DNA of 30,118 nucleotides from Candidatus Nanohaloarchaea archaeon (lineage in GTDB: Archaea > Nanohalarchaeota > Nanosalinia > Nanosalinales > Nanosalinaceae). The stretch lies in assembly GCA_041639695.1 (NCBI GenBank), contig JBEQBQ010000014.1, forward strand, positions 1-30,118, given 5' to 3'. Positions within the stretch are counted from its first letter, which is position 1, and the number at the start of each line of letters is the position of its first letter. Below, piece by piece: positions 1 to 8,230 of the stretch. The translations under genes were made by a program, and so were the position numbers. The notes under the pieces were generated by a model. It saw only the letters and a list, made by a program, of their open reading frames with translations. It had not been told where the DNA came from and did no database searches.

Positions 1-2
1 AA

Positions 3-686
3 GAGACAGAATACTTCCACGACGTCCTCGAAATGTCGAAAGAGACTACAATTAACAGAGGGCAGCGCTCGATGGCAGAAGTCGCTTCAGGTGAAGAAGA
101 CAGTCAGAGCATTTCACAGATCGTCTACCCGTTGATGCAAGCCTTAGATATCGAATATCTTGACGTCGATCTATCGATGGGTGCGACCGATCAGAGAAAG
201 ATCCACATGCTAGCCAGGGAAGCACTGCCGAAAGTAGGGTACGACAAACCGGCATGCCTGCACCACCCGCTGGTTGTGTCTCTACAGGGAACCGAGAAGA
301 TGAGTAGCTCTAAGCCAGGCACCATGTTCCCCTTGCACGCTTCCGAGGAAACAGTGAAGGAAAGAATCAAGGACGCTTACTGTCCTCAAGGCGAAGTCGA
401 GGAAAACCCGATTATCCAGATCACCCAGTTCCACATCTTCGGCGACGACGAAGAACTTGAGATAGAAAGGCCGGAGGAGTACGGCGGAAACATCCACTAC
501 TCAAGCCAGAAAGAGCTTGAGGAAGACTTCGAATCCGGCGAACTACACCCTCAGGACCTGAAAAACAGCGTTGCTGACCACATCGCCGAGAAACTGGAAC
601 CGGTAAGGCAGAAGTTTAAGGACAATCCAGAGCTTCTGGACTGTCTGGAGGAGATCGGGCACGAGAAGCCGGATTACGTCAAATAG
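3..686 (+). CDS. tyrS: Tyrosyl-tRNA synthetase, archaeal type (C-terminal part; 5' end lies outside the window)
   Basis: Frame is open from the window start (ETEYFHDVLEMSK...). Motifs IVYPLMQALDI, GATDQRKIHMLARE, KMSSS (class I KMSKS variant) and LHPQDLKN match archaeal/eukaryotic TyrRS. Confidence 0.95.
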   Translation, partial: ETEYFHDVLEMSKETTINRGQRSMAEVASGEEDSQSISQIVYPLMQALDIEYLDVDLSMGATDQRKIHMLAREALPKVGYDKPACLHHPLVVSLQGTEKMSSSKPGTMFPLHASEETVKERIKDAYCPQGEVEENPIIQITQFHIFGDDEELEIERPEEYGGNIHYSSQKELEEDFESGELHPQDLKNSVADHIAEKLEPVRQKFKDNPELLDCLEEIGHEKPDYVK

Positions 687-692
687 TCCGGT

Positions 693-755
693 TTTTCTCC
701 TATTTTTGAAAAGGAATGTTCTCCCGAGGACTCAGTTAGAAAAAATAGGAGAAAA
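693..755. terminator. Paired oligo-U terminators forming a 15-bp perfect inverted repeat between convergent genes
   Basis: TTTTCTCCTATTTTT at 693-707 and its exact reverse complement AAAAATAGGAGAAAA at 741-755, each 7-12 nt after a stop codon. Confidence 0.7.
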
Positions 756-766
756 TATCGAAAATA

Positions 767-1336
767 TTACTGATTTTCCTGATACTCTTCAACTGCTTCT
801 TCTAACATTTGCTTATTTTCTTCAAACAAATCATCAGCATTTTTCTTTGATTCTGCTCTTTGAGATTCATAGTTAACTAGATTCAATAAGCCCTGTGAAT
901 CTTCGTCCCCCATCAGTGCTTCAGCATAGTTGTCCGATCTTTGTTCTGATGAAAAAATGACATCGTGAATGGCACCATCACTTTGCTCGTAGATAGTGGC
1001 TATTGAATCCACAACAGCTCTACCCACACTTCTCCATTTATCTAGGGAATTATCTTGTGCATTCTCAACAGCGTTTGCGAAATGGACTGCGCCTCCATAT
1101 ACTGCTGAAGCTCCGTCTACTAGGCTGTGTTCTCCTTCTCCCTCAGCAACATCGTTCGCCATCTCATATAGTCTTTCAACATCCTCTATCTCGACACCCG
1201 GAGTCATGTCCGAGCCAAATTTCACAGTATCAAATCCGTACTCGAAGTGACCTTCGGTTTTCTCGGAAACTCCTGCGCCTTGTTCCAAAGCCTCATCAAG
1301 ATGTTGTTCGACCGTTTGTTGAAGTTCGTCTTTCAT
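767..1336 (-). CDS. Hypothetical acidic, probably all-alpha protein (189 aa)
   Basis: ATG start, acidic composition like the rest of the proteome, TTTATAA about 25 nt upstream (1360-1366), U-rich terminator downstream. No recognisable family motif. Confidence 0.75.
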   Translation of the reverse strand: MKDELQQTVEQHLDEALEQGAGVSEKTEGHFEYGFDTVKFGSDMTPGVEIEDVERLYEMANDVAEGEGEHSLVDGASAVYGGAVHFANAVENAQDNSLDKWRSVGRAVVDSIATIYEQSDGAIHDVIFSSEQRSDNYAEALMGDEDSQGLLNLVNYESQRAESKKNADDLFEENKQMLEEAVEEYQENQ

Positions 1337-1463
1337 ATGTAGTTATTTAAATCGAATACTTATAAATGTTACTGTGTAGTAGTTACACTTTTTTGTTGGA
1401 TTTAGGGATCCATCAACATTAACTTAACTTCTAAAACTAGAATCTATACGTGATCCACGAATG

Positions 1464-1478
1464 AAGGGTGGACGTTTT
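1464..1478 (+). promoter_or_regulatory. Copy 1 of the conserved AGGGTGGACG motif (upstream of serS)
   Basis: AAGGGTGGACGTTTT is the exact reverse complement of 3653-3667; the 10-nt core recurs at 10626-10635. Confidence 0.55.
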
Positions 1479-1546
1479 TCCAACAAAAGGTAGAATCGAA
1501 GCTGTAAAACCTGTTCTAGAAAAAGCTTTCTTCACAAGTGGTCTGT

Positions 1547-2815
1547 ATGCTTGATATCGAACTTTTCCGAAATAATCCCGAGAAGATTAAGGAGTCGGAG
1601 AAACGCCGCGATAAAGAACCGTCAAAGGTAGATGAGGTTGTAAAGACTGATGAAGAGTGGCGTGAAAAGCTCCAGAAACTCGATAAGCTAAGGCAGGAAA
1701 GAAATATCGTAGGCGATGAAATAGCTTCGCTTAAACAAGAGGGTGAGGACGCTTCCGACAAGATCGAAAGAATGCAGGAAGTGAAAGAGAAGATATCGGA
1801 ATTGGAGGAAGAAGTTGAAGAGCTCAAAGAGAAAAGAGACGAACTGAGATACGAGATAGGTAATATCCTCCACGAATCAGTTCCTAAAGGAATGGACGAA
1901 GAAGATAACGTAGAGGAGAAGACTTGGGTGCCCGAGAACGGAAAGGACGAGGATTCCAGGCTGGCAGCCGATATAATCGAAGAAAATGATTTAGTTGAGA
2001 CAGAAAAAGCTGCAGAACTGGCAGGAGAAAGAGCTTACTACCTGAAAAAAGACTTGTTCCGTTTGAACCAGGCCTTGATCCAGTTCTCGATGGACCTTTT
2101 GAGCGAAAAAGGTTTTACACCGATGCAGACACCTTACATGCTGAAGCACGAGCCTATGGCAGCGGCAGCAGAACTTGAGGACTTTGAGGAACAGCTATAC
2201 AAGATAGAAGATGAGGACAAGTACCTTATCGCGACCTCGGAACAGACTCTAGCCACATTCCACAAGGACGAGATCATGCTTCCGGACGAGTTCCCGAAAA
2301 AGTACGCCGGTTTCTCGACCAACTTCAGGCAGGAAGCCGGCAAACACGGCGAACAGACTCGAGGAATCTGGAGAGTCCACCAGTTCGAAAAAGTGGAGCA
2401 GTACATCTTCTGCAAACCAGAAAACTCATGGGAACTACACGAAGAACTTCTGGATAATGCAGAAGAGGTTATGCAGAAACTAGAGCTGCCTTACCGCGTT
2501 GTAAACGTTTGTACGGGCGACATGAACGACAACGCTGCGAAGAAGTACGATATCGAGGTATGGAGACCTCCAATTGGCGAGTACGGAGAAGTTGTTTCGT
2601 GCTCGAACTGCACCGACTTCCAGGCAAGAAAGGTGAGTGTCAGAATCCGTGGAAGCGATGAGAACTACGTAGCGCACACGTTGAACGCTACAGCGGTCGC
2701 AACCTCCAGGATCATGACCGCAATTATAGAAAACAATCAGGAAGAAAAAGGAATACGGATCCCTGAACCGCTCCAGAACTATATGGGCGGCCAAGAGTAC
2801 ATCGAGACCGTTTAA
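1547..2815 (+). CDS. serS: Seryl-tRNA synthetase (type 1)
   Basis: MLDIELFR N-terminus with coiled-coil arm, LIATSEQ, motif 2 FRQEAGKHG...RGIWRVHQFEKVEQ, KKYDIE, EVVSCSNCTDFQAR, HTLNATAVATSR. ATG at 1547 preferred over GTG at 1538. Confidence 0.97.
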   Translation: MLDIELFRNNPEKIKESEKRRDKEPSKVDEVVKTDEEWREKLQKLDKLRQERNIVGDEIASLKQEGEDASDKIERMQEVKEKISELEEEVEELKEKRDELRYEIGNILHESVPKGMDEEDNVEEKTWVPENGKDEDSRLAADIIEENDLVETEKAAELAGERAYYLKKDLFRLNQALIQFSMDLLSEKGFTPMQTPYMLKHEPMAAAAELEDFEEQLYKIEDEDKYLIATSEQTLATFHKDEIMLPDEFPKKYAGFSTNFRQEAGKHGEQTRGIWRVHQFEKVEQYIFCKPENSWELHEELLDNAEEVMQKLELPYRVVNVCTGDMNDNAAKKYDIEVWRPPIGEYGEVVSCSNCTDFQARKVSVRIRGSDENYVAHTLNATAVATSRIMTAIIENNQEEKGIRIPEPLQNYMGGQEYIETV

Positions 2816-3126
2816 GCACTGTGGGAAACTTCTCCCACTCTGCAATCCTCTTCTATATCTTCTTTACCGCAGTTTTCATTTTCAGGGGCCGAAAGCAACG
2901 CCATCAGCTGCGTATCCCTCAAACCTTCTCCGTTTGAATTATCTAGGGCGTTCAGCACATCTTCTCTTAGATCAATCTCCTCGTAGTGGCTAGTGTAAAA
3001 ACCTTTCAGCTCCTCCATCTCTTCTGCGGTATACTGGCCGCTCTGATACAGCTTTTGGCTGAACTCTTCATAGGTTTCTATGTTAGAGATGTGATCCGCC
3101 ATCCTGACGTATCTGCTTCGTTCCAA
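2812..3126 (-). CDS. Hypothetical acidic protein (start uncertain: TTG 3126 or ATG 3102)
   Basis: Acidic ORF 14 nt downstream of 3141..3434; stop overlaps the serS stop. Confidence 0.6.
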   Translation of the reverse strand: MERSRYVRMADHISNIETYEEFSQKLYQSGQYTAEEMEELKGFYTSHYEEIDLREDVLNALDNSNGEGLRDTQLMALLSAPENENCGKEDIEEDCRVGEVSHSA

Positions 3127-3140
3127 AGACTTAAAACAGG

Positions 3141-3434
3141 TTAGTTGCCCTCCCCGAAAGCTTCTAACGGTAGCTCGGAATCACTGAGATAGTCAAATGC
3201 CTGTTCATAGCTGTGGCCTCCGTCAGCCATAGGCTCCAATCCTTCAGCCTCCTGCAAACTTTCTGACTGGAAGCCATCAAGCCCAAGCTGTGCAAAGTAA
3301 TCAATACCCAGATGTTCAGGCTCATAAGACAGTTCTTCTGCCGGACTTTCTTCCATACCTGTTTGTGTATAGATCTCGGGGTCTTGGACCTCCGGAACTT
3401 CCGGATCTCGGCCTATATTCGGACAGTGATCCAT
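3141..3434 (-). CDS. Hypothetical acidic protein with ADGG motif (97 aa)
   Basis: GGAGGT Shine-Dalgarno upstream, TAATG coupling to the upstream micro-ORF, very acidic. Confidence 0.7.
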   Translation of the reverse strand: MDHCPNIGRDPEVPEVQDPEIYTQTGMEESPAEELSYEPEHLGIDYFAQLGLDGFQSESLQEAEGLEPMADGGHSYEQAFDYLSDSELPLEAFGEGN

Positions 3435-3508
3435 TATCTCTGACCTCCATTCGCTATCTTTGATTTTGCGGTGCGGTATAACGTTGTTGTGTGTTGTTGT
3501 ATTGTCAT
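3434..3508 (-). CDS. Putative leader peptide MTIQQHTTTLYRTAKSKIANGGQR (24 aa)
   Basis: Hand translation. GAGGT upstream, stop overlaps the next start (TAATG), positional paralog at 10353..10430. Confidence 0.55.
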   Translation of the reverse strand: MTIQQHTTTLYRTAKSKIANGGQR

Positions 3509-3540
3509 ATCGAGTTCGACCTCGAAAAGAGAATCAGGGT

Positions 3541-3663
3541 TTAATGCAGCACTGCCACAATCACTGCGGCAGCGGAAAACGAAAGTTTAATTGAATGTTT
3601 AACTGAAAGTTCGTGAGAAAAACTATAGCAGAACCTCTGAGGATTTAAACACAAAACGTCCAC
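3541..3663 (-). CDS. Putative micro-ORF (GTG) MDVLCLNPQRFCYSFSHELSVKHSIKLSFSAAAVIVAVLH (40 aa)
   Basis: Starts inside the AGG-GTG-GAC motif; shares V1, D2, C5, F15, S16, S20, K22, S24 ungapped with 10495..10632; hydrophobic tail. Confidence 0.45.
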   Translation of the reverse strand: MDVLCLNPQRFCYSFSHELSVKHSIKLSFSAAAVIVAVLH

Positions 3664-3699
3664 CCTTAGTTCTGCTCATAGCCCGCTTTTTGAAGCCGA

Positions 3700-3710
3700 G
3701 ATTTAAAAAT
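3700..3710 (-). promoter_or_regulatory. TATA box for cassette A
   Basis: TTTTTAAAT on the minus strand about 25 nt upstream of the ATG at 3679. Confidence 0.45.
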
Positions 3711-3744
3711 TAATCGTTGAGAAGGAGTGAAGAAAAGAGGGTTT

Positions 3745-4026
3745 TTAGCCCTGGAAGCCATAGTCTGTAGGATCCTTTACCACAGGATTGTCTTCTTCGT
3801 CATATGGGACTTCTCCTACTAAATCTCCATCACTTTCTTCTTCCCGACTATCCAAAACGCCATCAACTGTTCCTAGAGGCGAATCGTCTTCTGAATCAAC
3901 CAGCGTTGGAATAACATCATCATATTCTGTTTCGTCTTCGTATTCTTCAGTGTCTGCCTCCGGATCAACGAACATAGGAATCACAGGATCATAATCCTCC
4001 AGCCTTGCATCCTCATCGATCCTCAT
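3745..4026 (-). CDS. Hypothetical hyperacidic protein with internal repeat (93 aa)
   Basis: GAGGTG SD upstream; repeat YDPVIPMFVDPEAD / YDDVIPTLVDSEDD; pyrimidine-rich terminator at 3720-3744. Confidence 0.7.
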   Translation of the reverse strand: MRIDEDARLEDYDPVIPMFVDPEADTEEYEDETEYDDVIPTLVDSEDDSPLGTVDGVLDSREEESDGDLVGEVPYDEEDNPVVKDPTDYGFQG

Positions 4027-4094
4027 CTTTCCACCTCGAGTGTTTTTCCGGTTTTCGAATTTGTATTGATAGCCTCGTCTACTTCTAGGGCCAT
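4023..4094 (-). CDS. Putative leaderless micro-ORF MALEVDEAINTNSKTGKTLEVER (23 aa)
   Basis: TTATAAA (4119-4125) about 25 nt upstream of the ATG; ATGA overlap with 3745..4026; contains the SD for that gene. Confidence 0.55.
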   Translation of the reverse strand: MALEVDEAINTNSKTGKTLEVER

Positions 4095-4208
4095 AACAAA
4101 AGTCTTAATGTAACAGTCTTTATAAGGGATTTGGCTTTTTTGTCACGGCGTATCGACATATCCCGGAATAGTGTTTGATTTAAGTGAGTTTAGTCATGAA
4201 GGAAGGGT

Positions 4209-6257
4209 ATGGAAACAACGGTCATGGTCGGGGAGAAGCCCAAAGTCGCCTCCCGGATCGCCAACGCCCTCGGAAACTACGACACACAGACAAACCGAGG
4301 CGTCAAGAACTACGTGATAAAGACCGATGAAAGAAAGATTATAATCGCACCAGCCGTAGGACACATATTCAACCTTGACCAGATCGCCGACAACTGGGAC
4401 TACCCTGTATTCGACGTAGAATGGAAGCCCACCTTTGAGACTTCTGATTCCGCCGACTACATGAAGAAATACTACAACAACCTGAAAGACCAGCTGGAAA
4501 AAGCCGACACATACATTAACGCATGCGACTTCGATCTTGAAGGTTCTGTTATCGGATACAACGTTATCAAGCATCTTACAGACGCGGATGAAGAAAGAAT
4601 CGAGCGCATGAAGTTCTCTACACTGACTCCTTCCGACCTACAGGAAGCATTTGATAATCTAGAGGATTTCGATGCAGGGATGACAGAGGCCGGCATAACA
4701 AGACACATTCTTGACTATTACTACGGTATCAACGTTTCCCGTGCCTTGATGAAAGCCGTAAGGGACAACGACCGTTACAAGACTCTTTCTACAGGACGTG
4801 TTCAGGGTCCGACACTCAAGATTCTGGCTGACAGGGAGAAAGAGATCCAAGAGTTTGAACCGGATCCTTACTGGGAGCTTTACCTAAAACATGCGGAGTT
4901 TGACGCACAATGGGAGGAAGACGAGGACCGTATCTGGGACCAAGAAAAAGCCAACGACAAGTTCAACAAGGTCTACGGGGAGACAGAAGCAGAAGTCACG
5001 AACGTCAAAGTAAACAACTATACGCACAAGCCTCCGATCCCATTCAACCTGACAGGACTGCAGAGCGAGGCATCCTCACAGTTCCGTATAAGCCCGAAAA
5101 AGACACAATCTATTGCACAGACTTTGTACGAAAACGGCCTAATTTCTTATCCAAGAACCGAGTCACAGAAACTGCCGCCCAAGATCGGATACAAGAATAT
5201 TCTGAACAAGTTGAAAGGCCAAGAAAGTTATGATGATCTCGCGAAAAAAGTACTGAAGAAAGATAAAAACGATAACCTTTACACAACACAGGGAAGCAAG
5301 GAGGACGACGCACACCCTGCAATCTACCCTACAGGGGAGTCTCCGGGCGGAAAGCTTTCAAAGCAGGAGAAAAAGGTCTACGACCTGATTGTAAAGCGTT
5401 TCTTCGCTGTGTTCGGCAAACCGGCGAAAAGACAGTCCCTCACATTTACTTTAGACGTCAAAGACGAAGAATTTAAGGCCAAATCCAAAGTAACGAAGAA
5501 GAGGAACTGGTACGATCTCTACGACCCATACGTCAAAGTAGACTCAGCCGATCTTCCTGACATGGAGGAAGGCCAGACTCTTGATGTAGAGGACTTCGAA
5601 CTTGTTGATAAAGAAACTCAGCCACCTAACCGTTACAGCCAGTCAAAGATTGTCAACGAGCTTGAGAAAAGAGAACTAGGTACAAAAGCGACACGTGCCG
5701 ATACCGTAGACCGCCTTTACGACAGGAACTACATCGAAGAAGAACCTATCGAAGTAACTGATCTTGGTCTTGCAATTGTAAATACCTTAGAGGATTACTG
5801 TGGCAACATCGTCTCCGAGGAGCTTACACGTGAGTTCGAAGAGAAGATGCAGGAGATAAGAGAGCAGAAAAACACGAAAGAAGAAGTTCTGGAAGAGGCA
5901 AGGAACGAGCTAGGAGATATACTCGAGAAGTTCAAGGAGAAACAGAAACAGATTGGCTCAGAGCTTGTCGACACAATCGACTCCGAAAGAGAACGCAGAA
6001 GAAGACTAGGACCTTGTAACGTTGAAGACTGCGATGGAACTTTGAAGATGATTAAAGCAAACGGCTCAAATTTTGTGGGTTGTTCTAACTACCCTGACTG
6101 CGAAAACACATACCCCCTACCGAACAACGGCGATATCAAGTCCACGAACGAGATCTGCGAGGAATGTGGCACACCGAAGATCTTTGTAAGCAGAAAGAAA
6201 GGAAAAGATTATACGATGTGTATCGACCCGGACTGCCCTACAAAGGATGATTGGTAG
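4209..6257 (+). CDS. topA: DNA topoisomerase I (type IA) with C-terminal zinc ribbons
   Basis: Toprim EKP...GHI...ACDFDLEG, STGRVQGPTL, catalytic ISYPRTES, DAHPAIYPT, LGTKATRA, C-terminal Cys ribbons (FVGCSNYPDC, CEECG...CIDPDC). Confidence 0.97.
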   Translation: METTVMVGEKPKVASRIANALGNYDTQTNRGVKNYVIKTDERKIIIAPAVGHIFNLDQIADNWDYPVFDVEWKPTFETSDSADYMKKYYNNLKDQLEKADTYINACDFDLEGSVIGYNVIKHLTDADEERIERMKFSTLTPSDLQEAFDNLEDFDAGMTEAGITRHILDYYYGINVSRALMKAVRDNDRYKTLSTGRVQGPTLKILADREKEIQEFEPDPYWELYLKHAEFDAQWEEDEDRIWDQEKANDKFNKVYGETEAEVTNVKVNNYTHKPPIPFNLTGLQSEASSQFRISPKKTQSIAQTLYENGLISYPRTESQKLPPKIGYKNILNKLKGQESYDDLAKKVLKKDKNDNLYTTQGSKEDDAHPAIYPTGESPGGKLSKQEKKVYDLIVKRFFAVFGKPAKRQSLTFTLDVKDEEFKAKSKVTKKRNWYDLYDPYVKVDSADLPDMEEGQTLDVEDFELVDKETQPPNRYSQSKIVNELEKRELGTKATRADTVDRLYDRNYIEEEPIEVTDLGLAIVNTLEDYCGNIVSEELTREFEEKMQEIREQKNTKEEVLEEARNELGDILEKFKEKQKQIGSELVDTIDSERERRRRLGPCNVEDCDGTLKMIKANGSNFVGCSNYPDCENTYPLPNNGDIKSTNEICEECGTPKIFVSRKKGKDYTMCIDPDCPTKDDW

Positions 6258-6266
6258 AACTAGCCC

Positions 6267-7121
6267 CTAACGCACTTCATCACTTAGATGTTCTATAACC
6301 AAGTCTGTTCTTTCTTGGGCGCCTTCAAGATCGAATTCTTCACCCAGTTCCTCAAACTTTTCCGCGAACGCATCCTCATCTCCAATAATTTCCTGTATTT
6401 CTTCTGCCGACTCTTTGAAACGTTCACGTACCTTCTCATTCTCTGGATTTTCTGCCTGTATAGAGCCATAGAGCCCGGGTTTCTGGTTGAGCATTCTTGC
6501 TGTTAAGTCCGTTATCAACTGGTATACCGGGGAACTGTATTCGGACATTTCCGAGCCCGACATATCGGATTTCCGGATTGTTTCAGCAACCACAAGTTCG
6601 GAGAAGTGCATCAAACCTTGAACAAGGCTCATGGCTTTGTCGTGGGACTCGGGATCAGTAACATGGATGTGCGCATCGTTTCTATTCCAGAACTCCTCCA
6701 TCGCCGTCCACTTCTTACCGTTTACAGGTGTTAAAACAATTTTCTGGCCTTCAACCGAGTTCGAAGGTGCGTACATAGGATGCATTCCAAGCACTTCATC
6801 CGAGTACTGTTTCATGGCCTCTGTCGGCTTCTTCTTAACGCTAGTAATATCACATAGCAAGGCATCATCCTCAATATGCGGCCCGATCTCCTCGATAACA
6901 TCAACAGTTACTGCAATAGGTACAGCAACGATAACCACATCAGCATCCTTCACTATTTCCGTGTTTTCTCCTGCTTCCCAACCGTGCTTTTCCGCTACTT
7001 TTTCTGCCTCTTCGACTGTTTCTCCGGAGATAACGATTTCGTTGTGTTCTTCCAGCAGTTCTCCGAGGTACTGTCCGAACTGTCCTGTACCGCCGACTAT
7101 AGCGATTTTTTCGTCTATCAT
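6267..7121 (-). CDS. tyrA: Prephenate/arogenate dehydrogenase
   Basis: Rossmann KIAIVGGTGQFG, DITSVK, GMHPMYAP, HDKAMSLVQGLMH. ATG at 7121 overlaps the upstream stop (ATGA). Confidence 0.92.
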   Translation of the reverse strand: MIDEKIAIVGGTGQFGQYLGELLEEHNEIVISGETVEEAEKVAEKHGWEAGENTEIVKDADVVIVAVPIAVTVDVIEEIGPHIEDDALLCDITSVKKKPTEAMKQYSDEVLGMHPMYAPSNSVEGQKIVLTPVNGKKWTAMEEFWNRNDAHIHVTDPESHDKAMSLVQGLMHFSELVVAETIRKSDMSGSEMSEYSSPVYQLITDLTARMLNQKPGLYGSIQAENPENEKVRERFKESAEEIQEIIGDEDAFAEKFEELGEEFDLEGAQERTDLVIEHLSDEVR

Positions 7122-8230
7122 AGTTTTTCCTCCAGGATATCGAACGCTCGGTCGATTTCTTCTTTCGTAGTTGATCCAAAGCAAATCCTGACGTTTTGGT
7201 CACTTTCCGGCCCCATCGGCTCTCCGGGAACCATGGCAACACCCTCCTCAATCATTTCAAGGCAGAAATCCCAGGAATCTTCCTCAACCTTCGGGAATGC
7301 ATAGATTGCGCCTTCAGGGGCCTGGAAATCCCATCCAAGTTCGTTCATTCTTTCGACAAGCAGATCTCTTCTTTCCTCGTAAACCTGCCGCATTTCTTCG
7401 ACGTGAGAATCATTTTGAAGTGCTTCGAGAGCCGCTATTTGAGAAGGTTTAGGTGGACAGGCGGTTGCTCCTCTTGCCACCTTTGCAAAGTTCTCAATAT
7501 CGTTTTCTTTAGCTACTACCCAGCCGATTCTCCAGCCTGTCATCGCATGATTTTTGGAGACGGATCCGATAACGACAGAGTTTTCACAGTACGCTGCCGG
7601 CGAATAATGAGCCTTTCCATAAGTTAAGCGATGGTATACCTCATCTGAGAGAAGCATCACATCATTTTCTTCACAGAATTCGCCGATGTTCTTGGCTTGC
7701 TGTTCTGTTAGCATTCTGCCTGTTGGGTTCGAAGGCGTGTTTATCACGACAAGCTCTGCATCTTTCATTTCCTGTTTGGCTTCGTCTCTAAGTTTTGCGC
7801 CGTCAAAGTATTCTACTTGTGTCCACTGGTTGCCGTTAACCTCCGACATCAGTTTGTATGGCCCCCAGCAAGGATCGTTGAAGACCGCTTTCTTTTCTTC
7901 GTCAAGCATCGCTGCGAAGACAGAATAGATCGCTCCCATGCCGCCTGTGCCGACCATTACGTTCTCCTTCGAAAGTTCTACTCCTTTCGGCCCTGTCTCA
8001 GGCTTCAGTTTTTCTTCCTCAACTATAGCCTCTCTCAGCTCTTCAATCCCTGTAACCGCTGTATATCCCTGTTTCTGTTCTAGTATCCCGTCTGCCGCGG
8101 CCTCTTTGACATGTTCTGGTGTATCGAAGCTGGGCTGTCCGATGTCAAAACGGACGCATTCTTCCTGTTCTCTGGCTTTTTCCGAAATCTTCCTGATCGA
8201 AAGCTCTATGTTCTGAATTCTTTCACGCAT
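7118..8230 (-). CDS. PLP-dependent class I/II aminotransferase, probably the aromatic aminotransferase given its context
   Basis: IGQPSFDTP, NTPSNPTG, SDEVY, SVSKNHAMTGWRIG (PLP lysine), PEGAIYAF. ATG at 8230 overlaps the pheA stop. Confidence 0.9.
   Translation of the reverse strand: MRERIQNIELSIRKISEKAREQEECVRFDIGQPSFDTPEHVKEAAADGILEQKQGYTAVTGIEELREAIVEEEKLKPETGPKGVELSKENVMVGTGGMGAIYSVFAAMLDEEKKAVFNDPCWGPYKLMSEVNGNQWTQVEYFDGAKLRDEAKQEMKDAELVVINTPSNPTGRMLTEQQAKNIGEFCEENDVMLLSDEVYHRLTYGKAHYSPAAYCENSVVIGSVSKNHAMTGWRIGWVVAKENDIENFAKVARGATACPPKPSQIAALEALQNDSHVEEMRQVYEERRDLLVERMNELGWDFQAPEGAIYAFPKVEEDSWDFCLEMIEEGVAMVPGEPMGPESDQNVRICFGSTTKEEIDRAFDILEEKL

Noticed and set aside
1459-1480. Canonical T-box riboswitch upstream of serS (AAUGAAGGGUGGA resembles AANNNGGGUGGNACC)
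   Set aside because: The ACC after UGGN is missing, I see no Stem I/specifier loop or terminator-antiterminator pair, and T-boxes are bacterial. Only the motif recurrence is retained.
3480-3505. CRISPR array or microsatellite in the GT-rich tracts (also 10394-10428)
   Set aside because: No regular repeat-spacer periodicity; the tracts are explained by ACA/CAC/CAA codons of the minus-strand leader ORFs.
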